DNA of 64,000 bases from positions 991 through 64,990 of the forward strand of contig SVQW01000007.1 in NCBI GenBank assembly GCA_015065085.1. The letters are read 5' to 3'. Positions within the stretch are counted from its first letter, which is position 1. Every line of letters starts with the position of its first letter. The notes beneath the pieces were generated by a model, which worked only from the letters and a program-made list of their open reading frames with translations, searched no databases and was not told the DNA's origin. The position numbers and the translations under genes are program-made. Source of the stretch: Oscillospiraceae bacterium (GTDB taxonomy: Bacteria > Bacillota > Clostridia > Oscillospirales > SIG627). Shown here piece by piece: positions 7,660 through 17,152 of this stretch.

Positions 7660-9644
7660 ATTGCATCTACCTCCGCCATGATTTGTTTGTTTAAGAAGCC
7701 CTTAAGGTCCATAGCACCCGACGGGCATGCAACGGTACAGCATCCGCAGCCCTGACATACCGCTTCGTTGACAGATGCAACGCGGCGTATCTTGGTGGTT
7801 CTGTCGGGCATACGGAATTCCTTGTCCACGTAGGTGATTGCGCCGTAGGGACATACCTTTTCGCAGGAGGAGCAGCCGTTACACATAGCCTCGTTACTGG
7901 AAGCAACACAGGGGTTGCCTGTCAACTTGTCCTTAGCCAGAAGTCCGATAACCTTGGATGCCGCCGCACCTGCCTGAGCAACGGTTTCGGGGATATCCTT
8001 GGGGCCCTGGCAGGTACCCGAAAGGAACACACCTGCTGTGGGGCTTTCAACGGGACGCAGCTTGGGATGGGCTTCGGTAAAGAAGTCGTTGGTGTCCATG
8101 CTGGCGGTCAGCATGGTAGCAAGAGGTCTGGCAGACTTGTCAGGCTCGATAGCCGCCGCAAGTACCACCAGGTCTGCGGCAATGGTAAGCTGTTTGTTGT
8201 CAATAAGGTCGGAAGCCTTTACAATAAGCTTGTCGCCCTCGGGTGCAACCTTACCTACCATACCTTTTATATAGTGTACGCCGTATTCCTCAACTGCACG
8301 GCGGTAGAACTCGTCAAAGTTCTTGCCGGGGGTACGCACGTCGATGTAGAATACGTATACGTCGGTGTCGGGATATTTATCTCTTGTAAGCATTGCGTGC
8401 TTAGCGGTGTACATACAGCATATCTTGGAGCAGTACTCCTTGCCTTTTTCGGCACATGCGGCACATCTGGAGCCTACGCACTGTACAAACACGATGGTGT
8501 GGGGGTGCTTGCCATCGGAGGGACGAAGAAGCTTGCCCGCAGAGGGACCTGCCGCGTTGGTGAGACGCTCAAATTCCAGAGAGGTTATAACGTCCTTGGA
8601 CTGATTATAAGCGTATTCGTCAAATTTCTCCATGCTGATGGGATTGAAGCCGGTAGCCGCAACGATTGCGCCGTACTTTTCTTCTATTATCTCATCCTTC
8701 TGGGTGTAATCGATAGCACCTGCGGTACATACCTTGGAGCAGATACCGCACTTGCCTGTTTTGAGCATGGTACAATAGTCCGCATCGATGGTTGCAACCT
8801 TGGGAACAGCCTGAGCGAAGGGAATGTAGATTGCACGTCTGTTGTCCATGCCGAGATTGAACTCGTTGGGCACCTTCTTCTGAGGACATTTTTCGGTACA
8901 CAGACCGCAGCCGGTACATACATCCTCTTTTACAAAGCGTGCTTTTTTCTTTATTTTAACGTCGAAGTTACCCACAAAGCCCTTGATTTCGGTAACCTCG
9001 CTGTATGAGAAAATTCTTATCTTATCGTTCTGAGCCACATCCACCATTTTAGGTGTCAGGATACAAGCCGCACAGTCCAACGTGGGGAAGGTTTTATCAA
9101 GCTGAGCCATTTTACCGCCGATGGTGGGCTTGATTTCCACGATGTCAACCGGGAAGCCGGCATCTGCGATGTCGAGGGCTGTCTGGATACCTGCGATACC
9201 GCCGCCGATAACAAGCGCACGCTTGGTAACGGGGCTTTCACCGGGGGTAAGAGGAGCGTTGAGGTTAACCTTTGCAACCGCCGCCTTGCCCAGAATAATT
9301 GCTTTTTCGGTACCTGTTGCCATGTCCTTATGTACCCAGGAGCACTGCTCGCGGATGTTTGCAATCTCTACCATGTAGGGATTTAAGCCTGCCGCCGCCG
9401 CTGTCTTGCGGAAGGTGGCCTCGTGCATTCTGGGGGAGCAGGAGCATACTACTATACCTGTGAGCTTGTGCTCTTTAACGGCGTCCTTGATAATATCCTG
9501 ACCTGCCTGGGAGCACATATACTGATAATTTGTGGAAAAGACAACGCCCGGCTCATTTTTAAGAGCTTCGGAAACTGCCTGTACATCCACCGTGCCGGCG
9601 ATATTGCTTCCGCACCAGCACACGAAAACGCCTATTCTCTGCAT
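7650..9644 (-). CDS. hdrA: HdrA-like FAD/Fe-S subunit (heterodisulfide reductase A family)
   Basis: 664 aa. The N-terminus is Cys-rich (VFVCWCGSN), followed by a GGGIAG dinucleotide fold, internal ferredoxin-type CxxCxxCxxxCP motifs and a C-terminal 2x[4Fe-4S] domain. Confidence 0.85.
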   Translation of the reverse strand: MQRIGVFVCWCGSNIAGTVDVQAVSEALKNEPGVVFSTNYQYMCSQAGQDIIKDAVKEHKLTGIVVCSCSPRMHEATFRKTAAAAGLNPYMVEIANIREQCSWVHKDMATGTEKAIILGKAAVAKVNLNAPLTPGESPVTKRALVIGGGIAGIQTALDIADAGFPVDIVEIKPTIGGKMAQLDKTFPTLDCAACILTPKMVDVAQNDKIRIFSYSEVTEIKGFVGNFDVKIKKKARFVKEDVCTGCGLCTEKCPQKKVPNEFNLGMDNRRAIYIPFAQAVPKVATIDADYCTMLKTGKCGICSKVCTAGAIDYTQKDEIIEEKYGAIVAATGFNPISMEKFDEYAYNQSKDVITSLEFERLTNAAGPSAGKLLRPSDGKHPHTIVFVQCVGSRCAACAEKGKEYCSKICCMYTAKHAMLTRDKYPDTDVYVFYIDVRTPGKNFDEFYRRAVEEYGVHYIKGMVGKVAPEGDKLIVKASDLIDNKQLTIAADLVVLAAAIEPDKSARPLATMLTASMDTNDFFTEAHPKLRPVESPTAGVFLSGTCQGPKDIPETVAQAGAAASKVIGLLAKDKLTGNPCVASSNEAMCNGCSSCEKVCPYGAITYVDKEFRMPDRTTKIRRVASVNEAVCQGCGCCTVACPSGAMDLKGFLNKQIMAEVDAICK

Positions 9645-9659
9645 TATGTCTTTTCCTCC

Positions 9660-10049
9660 TTATTTATTATATTTTCTCAAAGCGCTGACAATAGCCTGCT
9701 GAGGCATTTCCTCGTCCAGAAGCGCGGGAATATCGTCGGGCTTGAGGTGGTTTGCGCCCTGCTTGCGTACTGCCGCAAGACGTACCGCTTCCACCAGCTT
9801 GGCAGGCTCAACGGCACGGGGGCAACGCTCAACACAGGCAAAGCAGGTAAGGCACTGATATATGGATTTTGAGTTGAGAAGCGGCTCAATGTCGCCGTTT
9901 TCAACCATGTAAACAAACTGATGGGGATGATATTCCATCTCGTTGTAGGCGGGACAGGTGGCGGAGCACTTGCCGCAACGCATACACTTGCGGGGATTTA
10001 CACCGCTCATGCGGATAATTTCATCCTTAAGACCGTTTTTATTGTGCAT
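9660..10049 (-). CDS. hdrC: HdrC-like 4Fe-4S subunit
   Basis: Motifs CMRCGKCSATCP and CLTCFACVERCP. The start is set at the ATG at 10049, preceded by AAGGAGGAACAAG. The ORF-track start at 10082 lies inside hdrB. Confidence 0.8.
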   Translation of the reverse strand: MHNKNGLKDEIIRMSGVNPRKCMRCGKCSATCPAYNEMEYHPHQFVYMVENGDIEPLLNSKSIYQCLTCFACVERCPRAVEPAKLVEAVRLAAVRKQGANHLKPDDIPALLDEEMPQQAIVSALRKYNK

Positions 10050-10836
10050 CTTGTTCCTCCTTGACACCCAGTGCCTCGGCAAGAAGCTCTGTGAAATATA
10101 CTACGGGAACGGTGGAGCCGTTCTTTTCAAGGTTGTACTTGCAAAGGGGGCAGGCGGTAACGATGATATCTGCACCGTGGCTTTGTGCACTGCCGAAAAC
10201 CTTACTGCTGCGCGCCTTGGCGCTGTCGGCATTCTCCAGTGCTATGTAACCGCCGCAGCATTCGTTGCGGAAAGGATATATAACGGGCTCACCGCCCAGA
10301 GCGCGGATAAGGTTTTCCATAATCGTGGGGTTTTCGGGGTCGTCCATCTTCATGACACCGCTGGGGCGGAGAAGCAGACAGCCGTAATATGCACCGATTT
10401 TTTTGCCCTCAAGGGGCTTTACAACCGCTTCTTTTACCTTGTCAAAACCGATTTCGTCACGGATCAGCTCCAAAAGATGAAGCACCTGTGTGGTGCCGTC
10501 GTAGGGTCCGTCTGCGCCCATGTAGTTATTGACATGGGAACTGAACTCGGCATCGTTTTGCATGGCGTGATTGGTTTGCTTTATAACATTGTGGCAGGCG
10601 GAGCACACACTGACAAGGGGCTGACCTTTATCCTGTGCCGCCTTGAGCGCTCTGACAGAGGAGAGCTTTGTTGCAATTTCGTCACGCGAAGTGGTGAAAA
10701 CGCCGCCACAGCACTGCCAGTTTTCTATTTCTTCAAGACATACACCCAGCTTTTCCATGCTTTTTCTGGCGTATATGTCAAGCATTTTGGCTTTTGTCTT
10801 TAAAGTACAGCCGGGAAAGTAGGATACTGTTTTCAT
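10039..10836 (-). CDS. hdrB: HdrB-like subunit with two CCG domains
   Basis: The N-terminus YFPGC and two CCGG/CCGGV motifs give the duplicated Cys-rich domain. The start is ambiguous: the ATG at 10836 is 13 nt from AGGAGG, and the ATG at 10848 is 1 nt from it. Confidence 0.8.
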   Translation of the reverse strand: MKTVSYFPGCTLKTKAKMLDIYARKSMEKLGVCLEEIENWQCCGGVFTTSRDEIATKLSSVRALKAAQDKGQPLVSVCSACHNVIKQTNHAMQNDAEFSSHVNNYMGADGPYDGTTQVLHLLELIRDEIGFDKVKEAVVKPLEGKKIGAYYGCLLLRPSGVMKMDDPENPTIMENLIRALGGEPVIYPFRNECCGGYIALENADSAKARSSKVFGSAQSHGADIIVTACPLCKYNLEKNGSTVPVVYFTELLAEALGVKEEQDAQ

Positions 10837-10864
10837 ACTTCCTTTCATACCTCCTGATAGTAAT

Positions 10865-10899
10865 TTGCAAATTGCAATTTGCAATTTGCAATGCGCAAT
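10865..10899. repeat. Heptamer tandem repeat (TTGCAAA TTGCAAT TTGCAAT TTGCAAT GCGCAAT) just upstream of the hdrB RBS
   Basis: Read directly from the sequence: five 7-bp units. TTGCAA is itself a palindrome. Confidence 0.9.
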
Positions 10900-10998
10900 T
10901 ATGGAAGATTTTTCTTTTCAAAATCTATTGTTGAAATTCTTCGCGTGCATGATGTTTATGTTACGCTTGGCACGCGAATTGGCTCGGCGCTTACGCCG

Positions 10999-12375
<1,377 letters not shown>

Positions 12376-12403
12376 TTATATTTCCTCCGATTTGTAATTC
12401 GAT

Positions 12404-13348
12404 TTATATTTCAACGCTTTTTAAAGTTTCCTTAAGCTTTTGTGCGCTGGCGCGGAAGTAGACTATTTCTTCGTCATTGAGAGGCATCATAATCTTATTG
12501 CGTATTACCATGTTGCCCATGTTGCACAGAGTGCTCAGACATACATCCTCAATACCGTATTCGCCGTGGAACATGGTTGAAACCGTCATGGTAGTACCTA
12601 CCGCACCCATAAGTGCCTTGCAGATGTGGCACACGGAGGCGGAAACGGCATAGAAGGTTGCACCCTTGTTGGCAATAACGGTAGCACCGGATTTTCTTAC
12701 GTAATCCTCTACCTCGGGATAGTTAAGCTCGGGCAGAACCTTGTCGTTCCTTGCGAATGCCTTGCCGCATTCCTGAATGGGAATGTTGGAAATGTTGGCA
12801 AGAGACCAGGGCACAAAGGAGGAATCCCCGTGCTCGCCCAGTACATAAGCATGGATGTTGTTCTGGTTTATTGCGTAGTATTCAGACAGGTAGGAACGCA
12901 GTCTTGCAGAATCAAGAAGCGTACCCGAGCCGATGATACGGTTTTCGGGAATACCCGAATACTTGGTGAATACATAGGTCAGTATGTCAACAGGGTTGCT
13001 GACGATTATGTAAGAGGCTTCGGGGGCGTATTTGGTTATTTTGGGAGTGATGTCCTTGATAATGTTGATGTTTGTCTGTGCCAGCTCCAGACGGGTCTGG
13101 CCGGGCTTTCTCGCCACACCGGAGGTGATTATTACAATATCGCTTCCCGACGCGTCGTGATATTCTCCCGAGTAAATGGAGCAGGGACTGCAGAAGGAAA
13201 CGCCCTGGCGGATATCCATTGCCTCGCCGAACGCCTTGTTTTCGTTGATATCAATCATAACAATTTCGGATGCTATGCCTGCAACCGTGAGAGTATATGC
13301 GATGGTGGAGCCAACATTGCCGGCACCGATGACGGTGATCTTGCTCAT
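12404..13348 (-). CDS. LDH/MDH-superfamily 2-hydroxyacid dehydrogenase; Arg at the substrate-specificity position suggests malate dehydrogenase
   Basis: GAGNVGS NAD fold, catalytic region GEHGDS, NPVDILT. ITSGVARKPGQTRLEL aligns with ITAGANQKPGETRLDL of B. stearothermophilus LDH, so Gln102 is replaced by Arg. Confidence 0.8.
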   Translation of the reverse strand: MSKITVIGAGNVGSTIAYTLTVAGIASEIVMIDINENKAFGEAMDIRQGVSFCSPCSIYSGEYHDASGSDIVIITSGVARKPGQTRLELAQTNINIIKDITPKITKYAPEASYIIVSNPVDILTYVFTKYSGIPENRIIGSGTLLDSARLRSYLSEYYAINQNNIHAYVLGEHGDSSFVPWSLANISNIPIQECGKAFARNDKVLPELNYPEVEDYVRKSGATVIANKGATFYAVSASVCHICKALMGAVGTTMTVSTMFHGEYGIEDVCLSTLCNMGNMVIRNKIMMPLNDEEIVYFRASAQKLKETLKSVEI

Positions 13349-13426
13349 GGTGAATACCTCTTCTTAATCGAACCTTTAAAGGCCCTGTATTTTTTTCAAT
13401 CTATAAATAGGAAATTTCGCCGCGAA

Positions 13427-13444
13427 TTGTCTAAAAATTAACAA
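13427..13444 (-). promoter_or_regulatory. Rex-like operator candidate upstream of the mdh-fumC-hdr-flx-frd operon
   Basis: On the operon strand it reads TTGTTAATTTTTAGACAA, against the Clostridial Rex consensus TTGTTAAnnnnTTAACAA (12 of 14 specified positions). It lies about 80 nt upstream of the start codon and overlaps a TAGACA -35-like hexamer. Confidence 0.35.
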
Positions 13445-13923
13445 TCTTTTGACGAACAAACAGGCAGTACCGCACAATGCGCGTCCCAACGGCACTACAC
13501 AGCCTTGCCTGAAAGACATATTTCCCCGCCGAAGAAAATCCTCGGCACTATAAAACATTATACTATATTTATAGGAGAATATCAAGTACTTTTTCAAAAA
13601 ATGTGGAATCTTTTTTTAGATTATTTTACATATTTTTTACTCGCTCTTGTGCAATGTAAACAAAACAGCATTTTTTGTCAGAAAAAAAGGATTTTGCAAG
13701 AGCGCTTTGCTGTTCTTGCAATACGCTGTGTGCCGTAAAATGTTACGGCAAAAAACTCGAATGGCAAACATTGGAAAATATGTGAATTTATATTTTTGTT
13801 TACGACTAATTCATAATTCTGTGATACAATACACAATTGTGTTTGCAGGAAAATGCAAAAAAATCAATAAAAATGTAAAAAATCTGCTTAATTATACAAC
13901 TATTTTAGTAGAGGAAAACGTAA

Positions 13924-15186
13924 ATGGAATCAGTAATATACTTGAACTTTGCTATTTCGGTTATATTTACGCTGTGTTATTTTTATCAGTTTGTTTATGT
14001 GTTTATTGGACTTATCACAAAGCCGAAAAAATTTACCGCCAAAAAAAATCACCGCTATGCCGTTGTCATTTCTGCAAGAAATGAAGCCTGCGTTATAGGA
14101 AATCTGATACAGAGCGTCAAGGAGCAAAGTTATCCTTCGGAGCTTGTTGACGTATTTGTGGTTGCGGATAACTGCACCGACAACACGGCGGATGCCGCGC
14201 GCAGTGCAGGTGCCATTGTGTATGAGCGCTTCAATAAAGAGTACGTGGGCAAGGGCTATGCACTGGACTGGCTGTTCACAAATATTAAGAATGATTATGC
14301 ACACAAAAATTTTGAGGCTTACATAATTTTTGATGCCGACAACATTCTTGAGCACGATTACATTGAAAATATGAATAAGGTCTTTGATAACGGATACCGC
14401 ATAATCACCAGCTACCGCAACTCCAAGAATTATGGTGACAACTGGCTTACTGCAGGATATTCACTGTGGTTCCTGCGCGAAGCACGCTATCTCAACAATG
14501 CCAGAATGAAGCTGGGCAACAGCTGTGCCGTGTCGGGCACGGGCTTTCTCGTAAGTGCTGATGTTATTGAAGAAAACGGCGGCTGGGTGCACCATCTTCT
14601 CACCGAGGATATCGAATTTACTGCCGACAGCATTATCAAGGGCGAAAAAATCGGCTATTGCGCCGATGCTGTGCTTTACGACGAACAGCCCTCCAGCTTC
14701 TGCGTTTCCTATAAGCAGAGACTGCGCTGGGCAAAGGGCTTTTATCAGGTGCTTTACCATTACGGATGGAAGCTTTTTAAGGGTATTTTCAAGGGCAGCT
14801 TTTCCTGCTACGATATGCTTATGATGCTCAGCCCCGCAATGCTTCTTACGATTTCCAGTGTGCTTATCAACATCGGCGCCATTGCGATATCTGCGTTCAT
14901 CGCTCCCGCATATATCCCCATGCTTTTTGAGGTACTTGCCAAAACGGTACTCAGCTTTTACTTTATGTTTTTTGCGCTGGGTGCGGTTACCATTATCACC
15001 GAATGGAACAAGATAAATTGTAAAAACAGTAAAAAAATACTGCATCTTTTCACTTTTCCCCTGTTCCTTCTGACCTACGCCCCCATCGCCATTATCGCCC
15101 TGTTCAAGCGTGTAAAATGGGAGCCTATCCGCCACTCGGTTACCAAGACTATTGATGACATCGAGCATGAATTTGTCAGAAAATAA
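13924..15186 (+). CDS. Family 2 glycosyltransferase, processive type (D,D,D,QxxRW), integral membrane
   Basis: Motifs VVISARNE, VVADNCTDNT, FDADN, TEDIEFT and QRLRWAKG, with TM helices at the N-terminus and in the C-terminal part. Confidence 0.8.
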   Translation: MESVIYLNFAISVIFTLCYFYQFVYVFIGLITKPKKFTAKKNHRYAVVISARNEACVIGNLIQSVKEQSYPSELVDVFVVADNCTDNTADAARSAGAIVYERFNKEYVGKGYALDWLFTNIKNDYAHKNFEAYIIFDADNILEHDYIENMNKVFDNGYRIITSYRNSKNYGDNWLTAGYSLWFLREARYLNNARMKLGNSCAVSGTGFLVSADVIEENGGWVHHLLTEDIEFTADSIIKGEKIGYCADAVLYDEQPSSFCVSYKQRLRWAKGFYQVLYHYGWKLFKGIFKGSFSCYDMLMMLSPAMLLTISSVLINIGAIAISAFIAPAYIPMLFEVLAKTVLSFYFMFFALGAVTIITEWNKINCKNSKKILHLFTFPLFLLTYAPIAIIALFKRVKWEPIRHSVTKTIDDIEHEFVRK

Positions 15187-15195
15187 TAAGACTGT

Positions 15196-15231
15196 AAAAA
15201 ATCAAGTCCGCGTGAGCGGACTTGATTTTTT
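15196..15231. terminator. Bidirectional rho-independent terminator
   Basis: AAAAA-ATCAAGTCCGC-GTGA-GCGGACTTGAT-TTTTT, lying between the GT2 gene (+) and a convergent small ORF (-). Confidence 0.8.
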
Positions 15232-15254
15232 AATTCGCAAAAAGCTTTCCGGCT

Positions 15255-15410
15255 TTACAGGTCATCTGCATCCTGTGTGGGGACTTCGCCCGGGTCGGCG
15301 GGAACGCCGGTATAGCTTCCCAGCGGGTCTGTGGAGGACGGCGGATTTGAGATTTTTTGCTGAGGGGAAGAGTCTTTTCTTTCGTTTTGGATTTTTTTCT
15401 TTTTGTCCAT
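15255..15410 (-). CDS. Small hypothetical protein (51 aa), below the ORF-track cutoff
   Basis: My translation is MDKKKKIQNERKDSSPQQKISNPPSSTDPLGSYTGVPADPGEVPTQDADDL. AAAGG lies 8 nt upstream of the ATG, and the stop is 24 nt before the bidirectional terminator. Confidence 0.4.
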   Translation of the reverse strand: MDKKKKIQNERKDSSPQQKISNPPSSTDPLGSYTGVPADPGEVPTQDADDL

Positions 15411-15498
15411 ATGCAAGCCTTTCGTTAATAAATTTTCTATTTACAAATAGTATTAAGTGTGATATAATTAAATATACTCTCAACATAAGGAGAATTTT

Positions 15499-16614
15499 AT
15501 GATAAAAATTGATTTTTGCGGTAATATGGTTTCCCGTCTGGGCTTCGGTGCGATGCGTCTGCCCGTAAAAGAGGATCAGACAATAAATTTTGAAAAAGCC
15601 GAGGCGCTTTTTGACTATGCAATGGCCAACGGAGTGAATTATTTTGACACCGCTTTCGGCTATCATAACGGCAAATCCGCCGAGTTTGTGGGCAAATGCC
15701 TGTCAAAATATGACCGTTCGAGCTACTATGTGGCAAACAAAATGCCCGCATGGAACTTAAAAGCTCCCGGGGATTTGCACACTATTTTTGAAAAGCAATT
15801 AAGTGACCTTAAAACCGATTACATCGACTATTACCTGCTTCATTCCATGACACCGGACACCTGGAAAACCTTTAAGGCTATGGGCGCTTATGAATTCTGC
15901 CTTGATAAAAAGAAAAAGGGTATAATAAAAAATCTGGGCTTTTCGTTCCACGGCACGCCTGAGCTGCTTAAAGAGCTGCTGGACTTTGCCGAGTGGGATT
16001 TCGTGCAGATACAGTTTAATTATCTTGATTATTATTCTGCAAATGCCAAGCTTGAATATGATATGATAACCGCCCGCGGTATACCCGTAATCGTCATGGA
16101 GCCGGTACGCGGCGGAAAATTGGCTGACATTTCCCCGCGCGCACGGGCGGAGATAGATAAGGTGTCGCCTGATACGTCCTCTGCCGCCATGGCATTGAGA
16201 TTTGCAGGTAGCTTTGAAAATGTTTCCGTGATACTCAGCGGTATGTCAAACGAGGCGCAGGTAAAGGAAAATATAGAGCTGTTTTCATCCGAACTCTCCC
16301 TTGGCGAAAAAGAAATGACGGCACTGTATAATGCCGCCAACGAAATGCGCCGTATTGAAACCATCCCATGCACCGCCTGCAGCTATTGCACCGAGGTGTG
16401 CCCAATGGGAATTGATATCCCCTTTATTTTCGATGCATATAATAAGTATCTGGAAACCAAGGATATGGGTGAGTTCAAAAATGCTTATGCCGAAAAATGC
16501 TCCGAGGGAAAACGTGCTCCGGATTGTATAAAATGTGAAGCCTGCGTTGCAAAATGCCCCCAGAGTATAAGCATCCCGGACATACTGGCGCTTATGCCAA
16601 AGCTTGATAAATAA
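15499..16614 (+). CDS. Aldo/keto reductase fused to a C-terminal 2x[4Fe-4S] ferredoxin domain
   Basis: AKR N-terminus (LGFGAMRLP, YFDTAFGYHNGKSE-like), with C-terminal CTACSYCTEVCP and CIKCEACVAKCP. RBS AAGGAG. Confidence 0.8.
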   Translation: MIKIDFCGNMVSRLGFGAMRLPVKEDQTINFEKAEALFDYAMANGVNYFDTAFGYHNGKSAEFVGKCLSKYDRSSYYVANKMPAWNLKAPGDLHTIFEKQLSDLKTDYIDYYLLHSMTPDTWKTFKAMGAYEFCLDKKKKGIIKNLGFSFHGTPELLKELLDFAEWDFVQIQFNYLDYYSANAKLEYDMITARGIPVIVMEPVRGGKLADISPRARAEIDKVSPDTSSAAMALRFAGSFENVSVILSGMSNEAQVKENIELFSSELSLGEKEMTALYNAANEMRRIETIPCTACSYCTEVCPMGIDIPFIFDAYNKYLETKDMGEFKNAYAEKCSEGKRAPDCIKCEACVAKCPQSISIPDILALMPKLDK

Positions 16615-16620
16615 TATTTT

Positions 16621-16668
16621 CCCCGCTTTTTTGCATTTTTGACAAAAAAGCGGGGACACTGTTTTTTT
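16621..16668 (+). terminator. Terminator candidate after the AKR gene
   Basis: A 13-bp stem, CCCCGCTTTTTTG / CAAAAAAGCGGGG, is followed a few nt later by TTTTTTT. Confidence 0.55.
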
Positions 16669-16712
16669 GCGGTAGTCACTTGTGCCAAAATTGATTTTTT
16701 TGGAAAAAAGTA

Positions 16713-16741
16713 TTGACAAAACAGAAATAGTGTGCTAAAAT
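16713..16741 (+). promoter_or_regulatory. Sigma-A type promoter for feoA
   Basis: TTGACA (16713-16718), a 17-nt spacer, then TAAAAT (16736-16741). Confidence 0.55.
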
Positions 16742-16751
16742 ATGCACGTAG

Positions 16752-16765
16752 TTAGCCGAGGCTAA
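16752..16765. promoter_or_regulatory. Palindromic operator TTAGCC-GA-GGCTAA (metalloregulator site candidate, DtxR/IdeR-like half-sites)
   Basis: A perfect 6+2+6 palindrome 10 nt downstream of the -10 hexamer. Confidence 0.5.
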
Positions 16766-16785
16766 TCGTTTTTTTCGCTCCTCGG

Positions 16786-16799
16786 TTAGCCAATGCTAA
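16786..16799. promoter_or_regulatory. Second copy of the operator (TTAGCC-AA-TGCTAA, one mismatch)
   Basis: Read directly. It starts 34 nt after the start of site 1. Confidence 0.4.
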
Positions 16800-16822
16800 T
16801 TGCATAAGAACGGGTGATTGTA

Positions 16823-17035
16823 ATGAATCTGAAAGAAGCGCAAGAGGGAAAAGAATATATCATTAAAGCTATCGACACCGATGACGAGGAAATGGATGCG
16901 TTTTTGTTTTCTCTCGGCTGTTACAGCGGCGAGGCTATTACCGTTATTTCCCACCTGAAAGGCGGCTGTATTGTTTCCATCAAGGATGGCAGATACAATA
17001 TTGACAATCAGCTTGCAAGCGCCATTATAGTATAA
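16823..17035 (+). CDS. feoA: FeoA family protein
   Basis: A 70-aa SH3-like FeoA pattern (EGKEYIIKAI...GCIVSIKDGRYNID), immediately upstream of feoB. Confidence 0.85.
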   Translation: MNLKEAQEGKEYIIKAIDTDDEEMDAFLFSLGCYSGEAITVISHLKGGCIVSIKDGRYNIDNQLASAIIV

Positions 17036-17040
17036 AAATA

Positions 17041-17071
17041 AAATATATCGCGCAAGCCGATATATTTTTTT
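17041..17071 (+). terminator. Hairpin plus T-run between feoA and feoB (attenuator or terminator)
   Basis: AAATATATCG-CGCAAGC-CGATATATTT followed by TTTT. Confidence 0.45.
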
Positions 17072-17080
17072 ACCGGTCGG

Positions 17081-17094
17081 TTAGCCACGGCTAA
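17081..17094. promoter_or_regulatory. Third copy of the operator (TTAGCC-AC-GGCTAA), inside the longer palindrome TCGGTTAGCCACGGCTAACCGA
   Basis: Read directly. It lies 59 nt upstream of the feoB start. Confidence 0.45.
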
Positions 17095-17152
17095 CCGACG
17101 CAAAATGTAAATTTATCCGCAAGGATTTTTATATTAAGGAGGAACATTACCT

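Noticed and set aside
13349-13923. I considered a riboswitch (for example a c-di-GMP class) or a small gene in the 575-bp AT-rich divergent region upstream of the GT2 gene. It contains GGCAAAC and a GCCGTAA/TTACGGC hairpin.
   Set aside because: Only isolated short matches are present, and I could not trace a consistent multi-helix architecture. The ORFs at 13376-13597, 13505-13738 and 13647-14084 are AT-rich, lack RBSs and overlap one another.
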